Of a DNA stretch of 64,000 bases, positions 27,442 to 36,259 are shown piece by piece. The position numbers and the translations under genes were made by a program. The stretch spans positions 6,014-70,013 of the forward strand of contig JAFGJV010000014.1 in assembly GCA_016928955.1 (NCBI GenBank), read 5' to 3'. The notes under the pieces were generated by a model that did not search any database, was not told the origin of the DNA, and saw only the letters and a list, made by a program, of their open reading frames with translations. This stretch comes from Spirochaetales bacterium (GTDB lineage: Bacteria; Spirochaetota; Spirochaetia; Treponematales; UBA12059). The first letter of the stretch is position 1; each line of letters starts with the position of its first letter.

Positions 27442-27473
27442 GGCGCGCGCCGCAAGGCGCGCGCCTTTTTTTT
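27442..27473 (+). terminator. Rho-independent terminator
   Basis: GGCGCGCGCC (27442-27451), loop GCAA, GGCGCGCGCC (27456-27465), followed by TTTTTTTT (27466-27473). Confidence 0.9.
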
Positions 27474-27518
27474 GTGCCCTGTCTAGGACCTTTTGCCCGC
27501 CTGGTATATTGTCAGTCC

Positions 27519-28388
27519 ATGATTTGGATAATCGGACGGGCTGGCCTCTTAGGCGCTGAAGTCTCCAAGGCAGTGGAAAAGCTCGGCCTTTCCTTCGCGG
27601 CCACCGGCCGCGAGCTGGACATCCTGGCCCCTCACGCCCTCCGGGATTTTGCGCGCGGCAAGGACATCCACGCCATCGTCAACTGCGCCGGGTATACGGC
27701 GGTGGACAGGGCGGAGGCTGAGGAAGACCTGGCCGTCCGCGTCAACGCGGAAGGGCCGGAAAACCTGGCGCGCCTTTCCCTTCGGCTCGGGGCCCGCCTC
27801 ATCCACCTGTCCACGGATTACGTCTTCTCAGGCACCAAACGCGAGCCGTACCTGGAAAGCGACGCTCCAGATCCAGTCAACGCCTATGGACGCTCAAAAG
27901 CAGAAGGAGAGACGCGCGTGCTTGCTGCTGGCCCGGATAGCGTCATCGTGCGGAGCGCCTGGCTGTACGGCAGGCATGGCGGCAATTTTGTGTCCACCAT
28001 GCTGAAGCTCATGCGCGAGAGGGACAGCGTCGACGTGGTGGACGACCAGCACGGCTCGCCCACCTGGGCCGCCGACCTTGCCGGCGTTTTGGCGGGTTTG
28101 GCCGCGCGCCCGGACCTGCCGGCGGGCATATACCATTACAGCGGAGAGGGACAGGCCAGCTGGTACGGCTTTGCCGTGGAAATTCAAAGCCTGGCCTTGA
28201 AGCACGGGCTCCTTGACCGGGCCTGCTCCCTACGGCCAGTGGCCACTTCCCAGTACCCTCGCGCGGCGCGGCGGCCTGCGTATTCCGTCTTGTCCCAGGA
28301 AAAAATCAAGGCCCTGGGTTTCAGGGCGCCGCCATGGCGTGAAAGCCTTGAGCGCTTCATACTGAGCCTACGGGGCATGCAGTCATGA
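27519..28388 (+). CDS. rfbD: dTDP-4-dehydrorhamnose reductase
   Basis: ORF trimmed to ATG 27519 (MIWIIGRAGLLG...). The Y-x3-K motif is in NAYGRSKAEGE. The gene overlaps rfbB by ATGA. Confidence 0.9.
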   Translation: MIWIIGRAGLLGAEVSKAVEKLGLSFAATGRELDILAPHALRDFARGKDIHAIVNCAGYTAVDRAEAEEDLAVRVNAEGPENLARLSLRLGARLIHLSTDYVFSGTKREPYLESDAPDPVNAYGRSKAEGETRVLAAGPDSVIVRSAWLYGRHGGNFVSTMLKLMRERDSVDVVDDQHGSPTWAADLAGVLAGLAARPDLPAGIYHYSGEGQASWYGFAVEIQSLALKHGLLDRACSLRPVATSQYPRAARRPAYSVLSQEKIKALGFRAPPWRESLERFILSLRGMQS

Positions 28389-29473
28389 GGACGTATTCAG
28401 CGATCTTGGTATCAGGCGGCGCGGGGTTCATAGGCTCTAATTTCATACGCTACCTCCTGGGCCCGGAGTCGGGCTTCCAGGGCCTGGTGGTCAACGTGGA
28501 CGCCTTGAGCTACGCGGGCAACCTGGACAATCTGTCGGACCTGGCCGCCGGCTTGGGCGGCACCCGCTACTTCTTCGAGCGCGCCGATATATGCGACAGG
28601 GCGGCCGTGGAAGACATCGTCGCCCGCTATCGCATAGACGCGGTCTGCCATCTGGCGGCTGAAAGCCACGTGGACAGGTCCATCATGGGCCCAGAGGCCT
28701 TTGTGCGCACCAACGTGCTGGGCACCTTTACCCTGCTGGACGTGGTCAGGCAGGCCTGGCGCGGCAGGGATGGCGTGTGGTTCCACCAGGTATCCACCGA
28801 CGAGGTATACGGCACCCTGGGCCCCTCTGGTAGCTTCTCGGAAGCCAGCCCCTACGCCCCGCGCTCTCCGTACTCGGCCAGCAAGGCGGCCGCCGACCAC
28901 CTGGTCATGGCCTACCACCACAGCTACGGCCTTCCGGTAAGCGTGAGCAACTGCGGCAACAACTACGGCCCCCGGCAGTTTCCGGAAAAGCTTGTGCCCC
29001 TCATGATCCTCAATATGCTTGAGGGCAAACGCCTGCCCGTGTACGGAGACGGCAGGCAGGTGCGGGACTGGCTGTACGTGGACGACCATGCCCGCGCCGT
29101 CTGGGCCATCATGCGGGGCGGCCGCCCCGGCCACAGCTACGTGGTGGGCGGCGGCAACGAGCGGGAAAACCTCAGCCTGGTGGAACGGCTGGCAGATATC
29201 GTGGCTGAGGAGACCGGTGCCGGCGCGGAGCTCTACCGCGGGCTCATCACCTTGGTGCCGGACCGCCCGGGCCACGACCGGCGCTACGCCCTGGACTCGG
29301 GCAAAATCCGGCGCGAGCTGGGCTGGGAACCCCGTATGGAGTTTGACCGGGGACTCAGGGAAACGGTCCGCTGGTATCTGGACAACCCTGCCTGGATAGA
29401 GCGCGTGCGCTCCGGCGAGTACCGGCGCTGGCTGGACAGTAATTACGGCTGGCGCCAGGGCGGCAAAGCATAA
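28385..29473 (+). CDS. rfbB: dTDP-glucose 4,6-dehydratase
   Basis: The Rossmann motif GGAGFIGSNF and catalytic PYSASKAAADH are present. The conserved ...PLMILNMLEGKRLPVYGDGRQVRDWLYVDDH... segment is also present. Confidence 0.95.
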   Translation: MRTYSAILVSGGAGFIGSNFIRYLLGPESGFQGLVVNVDALSYAGNLDNLSDLAAGLGGTRYFFERADICDRAAVEDIVARYRIDAVCHLAAESHVDRSIMGPEAFVRTNVLGTFTLLDVVRQAWRGRDGVWFHQVSTDEVYGTLGPSGSFSEASPYAPRSPYSASKAAADHLVMAYHHSYGLPVSVSNCGNNYGPRQFPEKLVPLMILNMLEGKRLPVYGDGRQVRDWLYVDDHARAVWAIMRGGRPGHSYVVGGGNERENLSLVERLADIVAEETGAGAELYRGLITLVPDRPGHDRRYALDSGKIRRELGWEPRMEFDRGLRETVRWYLDNPAWIERVRSGEYRRWLDSNYGWRQGGKA

Positions 29474-29509
29474 AAAGGGTCCCCGTCCCTACAAGGCGGA
29501 ACGGGGACC
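29472..29509. terminator. Hairpin between convergent operons; it works as an intrinsic terminator on the minus strand
   Basis: 9-bp stem GGTCCCCGT (29478-29486) / ACGGGGACC (29501-29509). AAAAA (29472-29476) supplies a U-run for the minus-strand efflux operon transcript. Confidence 0.55.
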
Positions 29510-29518
29510 GTGGACGTA

Positions 29519-30706
29519 TCATTCCCAGGACAGGGCCACCGTGGGATCCAGCCGGGCGGCGCGGGCGGCCGGATACATGCCAAAGAATATGCCCGTGCCA
29601 GCGGAAAAGCCTATGGCCAGCAGGGCCTCGGGCAGGGACGCGCTGAAGCCCCAGCCCAGCACGGTCAGGGCTATGGCGCTGCCGCCCCAGCCCAGGGCCA
29701 GGCCCAGCACGCCTCCTGACACGGTGATCACGGCGGCCTCCACCAGGAACTGCATGCGTATGGCAGATGGCGTGGCTCCTATGGCCTTGCGCACGCCTAT
29801 CTCCTTGGTGCGCTCGGTAACGGACACAAGCATGATGTTCATGATGCCTATGCCGCCCACCAGAAGGCTGATGGCCGCCACGCCGGCCAGGAAACCGGCC
29901 AGGGTGTCGGTCACGCCGGTGGCCGTCTCGGCTATGGTAGACGGCGACATGACCCGGTACGCGGTCTCAGAGCCCAGTTTGTCCAGCATAAGCGCTTCCA
30001 CGCGCTCGGCGGTTTGCAGTACGTCCTGGTCGGCGTCCGCCCTGAGCACGTAGCGGTCCACGCGCTCGGCCTTGGCCACGCGGGTCAGGTAGCTGGTCCT
30101 GGGCACAAAGATGTTCGAGTCAAAGGAAAAGCCGTAGGTGTCGCTCTTTTTCTCAAGGACGCCAACCACCTTGAACTGGCGCGGCGTCTCGCCCAGGAAC
30201 CTGATGGACGAGCCCACGGCCCCGCCGTCCGGGAACAGGGTGTCGGCCAGCTCGGCTCCCAGCACGGCCACTGCCCCGCGGCTGTCCATGTCGGCCTGGC
30301 TCAGGAAGCGCCCTTCCGCCAGCTCCAGGGAGAATATCGACACAAACCCGGGCGTGGAACTGGTGACCGTTTCCCTGGCGTCGGCATTGGCGCTTTTTAC
30401 GTACACATAGGTCTGGTTGACCGGCGCCGCCTCCAGGACGCCGCTTACCAAGGCCAGCTCGTCGGCCAGGTTTTCCTGGAAAACGCGCTCCACCGTGGCC
30501 GATGTGACGCGGCCCGGCTGGACTATGATGGTTTCCAGGCCGGCTTCGGCTATCTGAGCGGTTATGCTGTCCGCGGCGCTCCTGCCCATGGTGGTCACCG
30601 CCACCACGGACGCCACGCCTATCACGATGCCTATCATGGACAGGGCGCTCCGCAGCTTGTTGCCCGCAAGGCTCTGCCCGGCCGATCGTACATGTTCCAG
30701 TATCAT
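29519..30706 (-). CDS. ABC transporter permease, MacB/FtsX type
   Basis: It has an N-terminal TM helix, a large periplasmic domain and a C-terminal FtsX 3-TM bundle. It overlaps the ATPase gene by ATGA. Confidence 0.9.
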   Translation of the reverse strand: MILEHVRSAGQSLAGNKLRSALSMIGIVIGVASVVAVTTMGRSAADSITAQIAEAGLETIIVQPGRVTSATVERVFQENLADELALVSGVLEAAPVNQTYVYVKSANADARETVTSSTPGFVSIFSLELAEGRFLSQADMDSRGAVAVLGAELADTLFPDGGAVGSSIRFLGETPRQFKVVGVLEKKSDTYGFSFDSNIFVPRTSYLTRVAKAERVDRYVLRADADQDVLQTAERVEALMLDKLGSETAYRVMSPSTIAETATGVTDTLAGFLAGVAAISLLVGGIGIMNIMLVSVTERTKEIGVRKAIGATPSAIRMQFLVEAAVITVSGGVLGLALGWGGSAIALTVLGWGFSASLPEALLAIGFSAGTGIFFGMYPAARAARLDPTVALSWE

Positions 30707-31404
30707 GCCGCCGCTCCCGCCAGAAGGCCGTCCCGTATGTGGATGACGCGCCTGCAGCGGTCGGCCACGTCGGGGTCATGGGTGACGACGACGATGGTGA
30801 CGCCGCCGGACGCTATGCCGTCGAACAACTGGAGCACGGTCTCGCCCGTGCGCGTGTCCAGGGCGCCGGTCGGCTCGTCGGCCAACAAGAGGGACGGTTC
30901 GTTCACCAGGGCCCGGGCTATGGCCGCGCGCTGTCGCTGGCCGCCGGACAGCTGGCTGGGGCGGTGGCGCACGCGGTCGCCCAGTTCCACCTTTTCAAGG
31001 GCCTCCCGGGCGCGCTCAAGGCGCTCCTTGCGGGGCACGCCCGAGTACAAAAGGGGCAGGGCCACGTTTTCCAGGATGGACAGCCGGGGCAGAAGGTTGA
31101 AGGCCTGGAACACAAATCCTATGCGCTGGTTGCGCACCCGGGCCAGCGTGGCCTGGTCCATGGAGGCCACCTCCACGCCGTCTATCAGCACCGAGCCGCT
31201 GGTGGGCGAATCCAGGCAGCCCATGATGTGCATCAGGGTGGACTTGCCCGAGCCCGAGGGTCCTATGACCGCGGCGTATTCCCCGCGGCCTATGTCCAGG
31301 CTCACGCCGCGCAGGGCATGGACTTCCTCGTCGCCCACATGGTACACGCGGTGGAGTTCGCGCACGCTGACCACCGGCACGCCGGCGTCGCCTGCCCGGC
31401 TCAT
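30703..31404 (-). CDS. ABC transporter ATP-binding protein (MacB/LolD-like)
   Basis: ORF trimmed to ATG 31404. Walker A is GPSGSGKST, the signature motif is LSGGQRQR, and Walker B is LLLADEPT. It overlaps the adaptor gene by ATGA. Confidence 0.9.
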   Translation of the reverse strand: MSRAGDAGVPVVSVRELHRVYHVGDEEVHALRGVSLDIGRGEYAAVIGPSGSGKSTLMHIMGCLDSPTSGSVLIDGVEVASMDQATLARVRNQRIGFVFQAFNLLPRLSILENVALPLLYSGVPRKERLERAREALEKVELGDRVRHRPSQLSGGQRQRAAIARALVNEPSLLLADEPTGALDTRTGETVLQLFDGIASGGVTIVVVTHDPDVADRCRRVIHIRDGLLAGAAA

Positions 31405-32681
31405 CGGGAGCCTCCGGACTGCCTGAGGCCAGATCCCGGGACCGCGCCGGCCGGCGGCTGGCCGCCCGGCATGCCGCCCATGCCCGGTATGGCAAAATTG
31501 ATGCCCTGAGCGGCCGCGCCCGATGACGCCGTGCTTTCGGTCACCTGCACCAGGACCACAGCGCCGGCTTCCAGGCCGGACACGATCTGTATGGTTCCGT
31601 CGCTCCGCAGGAAGCCCACAAAGTCTTTCAGCACCGGGGTGCCGTTGTCGCCGGGCACGTAACACTGGAAGGTCCGGCCCCTGGCCGCGCTGGCAGACGC
31701 CGGGCTTGTGGCCTGCGCGCCGCTTGAGTCCTTGCCGCTGGGTGCCGCGGGACTGACGGCGCCGACGGCGCCCGTGACGGGGGCCGCGCCCTGGGCGGCC
31801 GTCTGGTCGGCTGCCTCGGCCGAGCCGCGCCGGGTAAAGCCTCCCGAGGGCATGACCACGGCCGACAGGGGCAGGGTCAGCACGGGCTCGGCCTGGGATA
31901 CCACCACGCGGGCAGAAAACGAGAAGCCGGGCAACAGCTCGGCCGGCGGATTGGGTATGGTCGCCGTTACGTCGAACACGGCAAGGCCCTGGCTGGTAAC
32001 GCGGCCCACCGGCGGTATGCGCGTGACCGTGCCGGCGTAACTGGAACCCGGCAGGGCGTCGAAGGAAAAGAGCACCTTCTGGCCGACCTTGAGCTGGGGT
32101 ATGTCCACCTCGTCTATCTGGAGCGTCGCCACCAGGCTGGAACGGTCCACCAGGGACAGGACCACGGTGCCGTTGGACACGTACTCGCCGGGCTCCACCT
32201 CCACGCTGGTCACAAAACCGGAAAACGGGGCGCGTATGGTCGCCTTATCAAGGTTGTTGGCCTTGGCCTCCAGTTCCAGCTCGGCCAGGGCCGTCTGGCG
32301 CGCGTTGCCGGTCAGGCGGTACTGTTCCAGGCGTTGCTTGGCCTCCTCGTAGGCGTAACGCTGTTCCACGTCGTCCAGGGCGGCCAGCTCCTGGCCCTTG
32401 TCCACGCCGTCGCCTTCCGCGACGTACAGCCTGGACACCAGGCCGGTGCCTGCAAAGGACAGGTCGCCGTAGCGTATGGCCTCTATGTTTCCGGACGACT
32501 CTATGGTCACGGAATCGTCGGTCTCCTTGACCTGGACCCTGGTCCAGCCCGACGCGGCCTCGCCGCCCTTGCTGGTCAGTGCCAGGATCAGGACGACCAG
32601 TATGGCCATGGCGCCCAGGCTGAGCGCCAGGCGCAGGGGGCGCTTGAACAAGCCCTTGAGGGCTGAAAGATCGATCTTCAT
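31401..32681 (-). CDS. Efflux periplasmic adaptor (HlyD/MacA family)
   Basis: It has an N-terminal TM helix, a lipoyl/coiled-coil hairpin region and a beta-barrel region. A Gly/Ala/Ser-rich tail follows. It overlaps the TolC-like gene by ATGA. Confidence 0.85.
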   Translation of the reverse strand: MKIDLSALKGLFKRPLRLALSLGAMAILVVLILALTSKGGEAASGWTRVQVKETDDSVTIESSGNIEAIRYGDLSFAGTGLVSRLYVAEGDGVDKGQELAALDDVEQRYAYEEAKQRLEQYRLTGNARQTALAELELEAKANNLDKATIRAPFSGFVTSVEVEPGEYVSNGTVVLSLVDRSSLVATLQIDEVDIPQLKVGQKVLFSFDALPGSSYAGTVTRIPPVGRVTSQGLAVFDVTATIPNPPAELLPGFSFSARVVVSQAEPVLTLPLSAVVMPSGGFTRRGSAEAADQTAAQGAAPVTGAVGAVSPAAPSGKDSSGAQATSPASASAARGRTFQCYVPGDNGTPVLKDFVGFLRSDGTIQIVSGLEAGAVVLVQVTESTASSGAAAQGINFAIPGMGGMPGGQPPAGAVPGSGLRQSGGSR

Positions 32682-34177
32682 TCCGTATCTCCTTCATCGG
32701 TGCCTGCTTCTGCATGGTTCGACGGGTCCCCGGCCAGTATCCAGGTGGACCCCAGGCGGGCCCTGCTCTGGGCCGCGCTCCAGGCCGCGGATTCCCGGGC
32801 GGCGTAGGCGCTATACAGGTCTTCCTGCGCCTCGGTCAGCTCGTCGTCCGTGATATAGCCGCCCGAGTGCAACTGCGCGGCTTCCTCAGCCGCAAGGAAG
32901 GCCGCCTGGTACGCGGCGGCAAGGCGCTCGGCTTCCAAGGCTTCAAGAAGCTGGCTCAGCCGCAGGTCTTTAAGGCTCGACGCGGCGTCGGCCAGGGCGC
33001 TGTCCAGGGCAAGCTCAAACGACGTAAGGTCGGCGTTGGCCGCTTTTTTACGGCTGGCGCGGGCGGATAGGTCATTAGGCGACCAGGTCAGGCTCAGGCT
33101 GCCGTAGGGCAGGCCGGATTCCAGGTTCCAGCCCACTGACGCGGCCGCGTCCAGGGTATCCCAGCCAAGGCTGGCGCCCAGCGCCGCCTGTTCTGCGTCG
33201 CGGCTCTGCTCATAGGACAGGGTTACATCCAGCTGTGCCTGCTTGCCCCATTCGTCGGCATAGCTCCTGCGCTGGATATCCAGGCTGTTCTCGGCTTTTC
33301 GCACGGCTATGGCCTGGTCGGCGCTGAGGCTGGATTGGTCAAAGGCGGGCACTGACGGGGCGGCCGGAGGCAGGGCTTCGGGCTCGAATCCGCACAGTTC
33401 GGCCACCAGCTCCCGCGCGTGTTCCAGGTTCAGCCGCGCCTTTTCCAGGGCCAGGCGGGCGGCCGTGGCCGAGCTTTCCAGTTTGGCCAAGGCCGACGAG
33501 CCGGCATCGTAGGTGCCCAGGGCTTTGGCGTTTTGGAGCTGGCTGGCGGCGGACGCGGAAAGGAATTCCTGCCGGGCCTGCTCGTTGGCCGCCCCGGCCC
33601 AATCTGCAAGGGCTCCCAGGACGGCCGCCTCGCGCTCGGCAAGGACCGATGCCAGGGCGTAGCGGGCTTCCTCCACGGCGTACCTGGCCCTGAGGACGTC
33701 CAGCGGAACGAGCCCGCTCAAGGGCTCGCTCAGGTTCTGGCGTACGCTGACGGATGGATACGCGTTGGAGCCGCTGGGGTCATTCTGCACGGCAAGCGAC
33801 GCGTCCACGCTGGTATACTCGTAGCGTCCAAGGCCCACCCTGATCCAGGGGGCCGCGCTGAACGTGGTGCCTGCTTCCGTGGACGCCAAGGCGGTCTGGC
33901 CGGTTCCCGCCGAGAACGACGCGAACGAACCACGTTCCAAGGCGGCCAGGGACGCCGAAGCGGATTCCAGGGCCAGGACCCTGGCGGCTACCTTGTCGTC
34001 CTGTTCGAGGGCCGCCGCTATGTACTCCGATGCCGGCATGGCGCCGGATGGCCGGGACGGGTTGCCCTGGGCAAAAGCCAATGCCGCCGATACCCACAGT
34101 ATCGCGGCTGTGACGATCTCTCTGCGCACGATCGCTCCCACAGACGCCGATTTGCCCCCGAAGGCGGCCCGCGTCAT
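32678..34177 (-). CDS. TolC-family outer-membrane efflux protein
   Basis: It has a signal peptide and two long helical OEP repeats rich in A/L/E. It is the first gene of the four-gene operon. Confidence 0.8.
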   Translation of the reverse strand: MTRAAFGGKSASVGAIVRREIVTAAILWVSAALAFAQGNPSRPSGAMPASEYIAAALEQDDKVAARVLALESASASLAALERGSFASFSAGTGQTALASTEAGTTFSAAPWIRVGLGRYEYTSVDASLAVQNDPSGSNAYPSVSVRQNLSEPLSGLVPLDVLRARYAVEEARYALASVLAEREAAVLGALADWAGAANEQARQEFLSASAASQLQNAKALGTYDAGSSALAKLESSATAARLALEKARLNLEHARELVAELCGFEPEALPPAAPSVPAFDQSSLSADQAIAVRKAENSLDIQRRSYADEWGKQAQLDVTLSYEQSRDAEQAALGASLGWDTLDAAASVGWNLESGLPYGSLSLTWSPNDLSARASRKKAANADLTSFELALDSALADAASSLKDLRLSQLLEALEAERLAAAYQAAFLAAEEAAQLHSGGYITDDELTEAQEDLYSAYAARESAAWSAAQSRARLGSTWILAGDPSNHAEAGTDEGDTE

Positions 34178-34433
34178 GTGTGAGTGTATCCATGGCCACG
34201 CGAGCGTCCTAGGCGCAATCAGGTAAGGAATGTAAGGAACGTGTCAAAACCAGGCGGCTAGGCCAAAGCGGCGTACCGTGGATGTTGCGGGACGCCCCGC
34301 TGGCGGGCGCCTACCCGTGGCACGTATGGCTGGGCTTCCCTGCTCGATGGTATACTGATAGCCATACCAAGCCCGGCGTTCCCCGGAGCTTTGGCCGGCC
34401 ACGCGGGAATGGGGCCGCGGACGGGAGGCGAGG

Positions 34434-34898
34434 GTGATTAGCGAGCTGTTGAAACGTGGCGGCGTATGGTACAACCTGGACGCCTCAACGCCCCAGGAAG
34501 CCATTCGCAAGGCCAGCGAGGTCGTGTGCGCGCGGCTGTACCCAGGGGTCATAGACAAGGACGCGTCCGAGCTTGCCGGCGCGGCGCTGGAGCGGGAGGG
34601 CCAATCGTCAACGGCCGTGGGAGAGGGCTTGGCTTTTCCCCACGCCCGCGCTCCCTTTCTCAGGAACCGCGAAGCGGCGTTCATGGCCCTGTTCTACCCG
34701 CGCTTCCCGATACTCTGGGCGGCGCCTGACGGCCTCCCCGTGCGCGCTTTCTTCCTGATCGCGTCAGCCAGCCCGGCCGAGCACCTGTCGTCGCTGTCGT
34801 CATTGGCCAAACGCTGTTCCAACCCGGAGTTCGCGCGGCTGTTGGCCGGAAAGGCCACGCAGGACCAGCTCCTCAGCCTGCTTGGGCGGGTTTCCTGA
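34434..34898 (+). CDS. PTS EIIA type-2 (PtsN/EIIA-Ntr-like) protein, orphan
   Basis: GTG start preceded by GGGAGG. The active-site region is GEGLAFPHAR. No other PTS genes lie in the window. Confidence 0.75.
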   Translation: MISELLKRGGVWYNLDASTPQEAIRKASEVVCARLYPGVIDKDASELAGAALEREGQSSTAVGEGLAFPHARAPFLRNREAAFMALFYPRFPILWAAPDGLPVRAFFLIASASPAEHLSSLSSLAKRCSNPEFARLLAGKATQDQLLSLLGRVS

Positions 34899-35481
34899 CC
34901 AGGCCCAGAATGTAGGTTTCAAAGCTCTGGGGCCTGCAGGTTTTGGGTTTGAAGGCGCGCGCGCTTCCGTAGGCTCCGCGCAGGCGTTCCAGCAGGGCTT
35001 TTTGGCCCCCACCCATGAAGAGCTTGGCCGCTACCGAGCCTCCCGGGGCCAGCATGTCGTCCGCGTAATCCAGTACGGCCTCAACCAGGGCTTCCGACCG
35101 GTCGGTGTCCAGGCCGTGGTTGCCGCTGGTGGCTGGCGCCGCGTCTGAAAGCACCAGGTTGTAGGGACCGCGCTCCCGTATGGCGTCCCGAACCGCCTGG
35201 TCGTAGATGTCGCCCTGGACGAAAAACGAAGCCGACGGGTCCAGGGCTATCCGCAGTGGCTGAAGGTCAACGGCGGCCAGGAATCCTGATGGACCTATCC
35301 TCCTGGCCACCCACATGCTCCAGCTACCAGGGGCCGCCCCTATGTCCAAAACGCGCATGCCGGGTTTCAGGAGTTTGAATTTCTCGTCCAGTTCCTGCAG
35401 TTTGTATACCGATCGGGCTGGGTAGCCTTCCTTCTTGGCTTTCTTTGCCCAAAAATCCGCTTGTTCGTATCCTGTGGCCAT
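34873..35481 (-). CDS. rlmE: 23S rRNA (uridine2552-2'-O)-methyltransferase RlmE/FtsJ
   Basis: ...RSVYKLQELDEKFKLLKPGMRVLDIGAAPGSWS...VLSDAAP... matches the FtsJ SAM-binding and catalytic motifs. Confidence 0.9.
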   Translation of the reverse strand: MATGYEQADFWAKKAKKEGYPARSVYKLQELDEKFKLLKPGMRVLDIGAAPGSWSMWVARRIGPSGFLAAVDLQPLRIALDPSASFFVQGDIYDQAVRDAIRERGPYNLVLSDAAPATSGNHGLDTDRSEALVEAVLDYADDMLAPGGSVAAKLFMGGGQKALLERLRGAYGSARAFKPKTCRPQSFETYILGLVRKPAQAG

Positions 35482-35559
35482 TCGTTTTCCGCCTTGTTTG
35501 TGGAACCGGCGGCCTTTTTTTCGGCCGCCCGGGCGCCTATACTATACGCGGAAGGGGCT

Positions 35560-36114
35560 ATGGGTTCCAATACGCTCGTAGAGGCAGATATCTGGACGGT
35601 CGCCCAGACCGAGCAGGGCAACGTGGTGTTGGTGCGTCCCAAGCACTCCGACGTGGCCGTGCCCATTTTCATAGGCCAGCTGGAAACGCAGGCCATACTG
35701 ATAGGCCTGGGGCGAGTGGACATGCCCAGGCCTCTGACGCACGACCTCTTCCTGTCCGTATTGTCGAGCATGGGCGCCGCCCTGGGCCGCGTGGAGATCC
35801 ATGACCTGCGCGAGGGCACCTTTTACGCCCGCCTGATCGTGGAGACGGCCGACGGGGAGCGCATGTTTGACTCGCGGCCGTCCGACGCCATGGCCCTGGC
35901 CGTGCGCTGCAACGCGGCCGTGTACATAGCCGAGTCGATAGTGGAGGAGGCCGGCGTGCCCGTGGACATGGTGCACGAGCAGACCCAGAAGACGGATGCC
36001 GTACCGGAGGTGTCGGAAGAGCGCGAGCGCGTTCTCAAGGAGCTGGACAAGGCCATAGCCGACGAAAACTACGAGCTTGCCGCCGAGCTCAGGGACAGGC
36101 TCAAAAAACTGTAG
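35560..36114 (+). CDS. Bifunctional nuclease (DUF151/BFN) with a C-terminal UVR motif
   Basis: ORF trimmed to ATG 35560. The segments ...VPIFIGQLETQAILIGL...RPLTHDL... and the tail ADENYELAAELRDRLKKL are present. Confidence 0.8.
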   Translation: MGSNTLVEADIWTVAQTEQGNVVLVRPKHSDVAVPIFIGQLETQAILIGLGRVDMPRPLTHDLFLSVLSSMGAALGRVEIHDLREGTFYARLIVETADGERMFDSRPSDAMALAVRCNAAVYIAESIVEEAGVPVDMVHEQTQKTDAVPEVSEERERVLKELDKAIADENYELAAELRDRLKKL

Positions 36115-36259
36115 CGGGAGCGTGAAGGATCAGCTAGAGGTTCACCAAAAAGCCCGCCGGGGCGCGGCGCTTGTCCTTTTCATTTGGCCTGCGGGGGAGT
36201 ACAATATCCTCCCCGCTGTCTCTTCGTTGATGTGCGGAAAACCCGGTCGGGAGGCGTGA

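Noticed and set aside
26271-27455. 394-aa minus-strand ORF antisense to the outer-membrane protein gene
   Set aside because: The plus-strand gene has a promoter, RBS, signal peptide and terminator. The antisense product is a Gly/Val/His/Asp-rich mirror sequence.
31405-31665. N-terminal extension of the ABC ATPase ORF
   Set aside because: It overlaps the adaptor gene. Starting at ATG 31404 gives a canonical 233-aa NBD with an ATGA overlap.
34873-34898. Two convergent gene pairs each overlapping by 26 nt (34873-34898 and 45467-45492)
   Set aside because: The overlapping sequences are unrelated. The equal length appears coincidental and may also depend on exact stop assignment.
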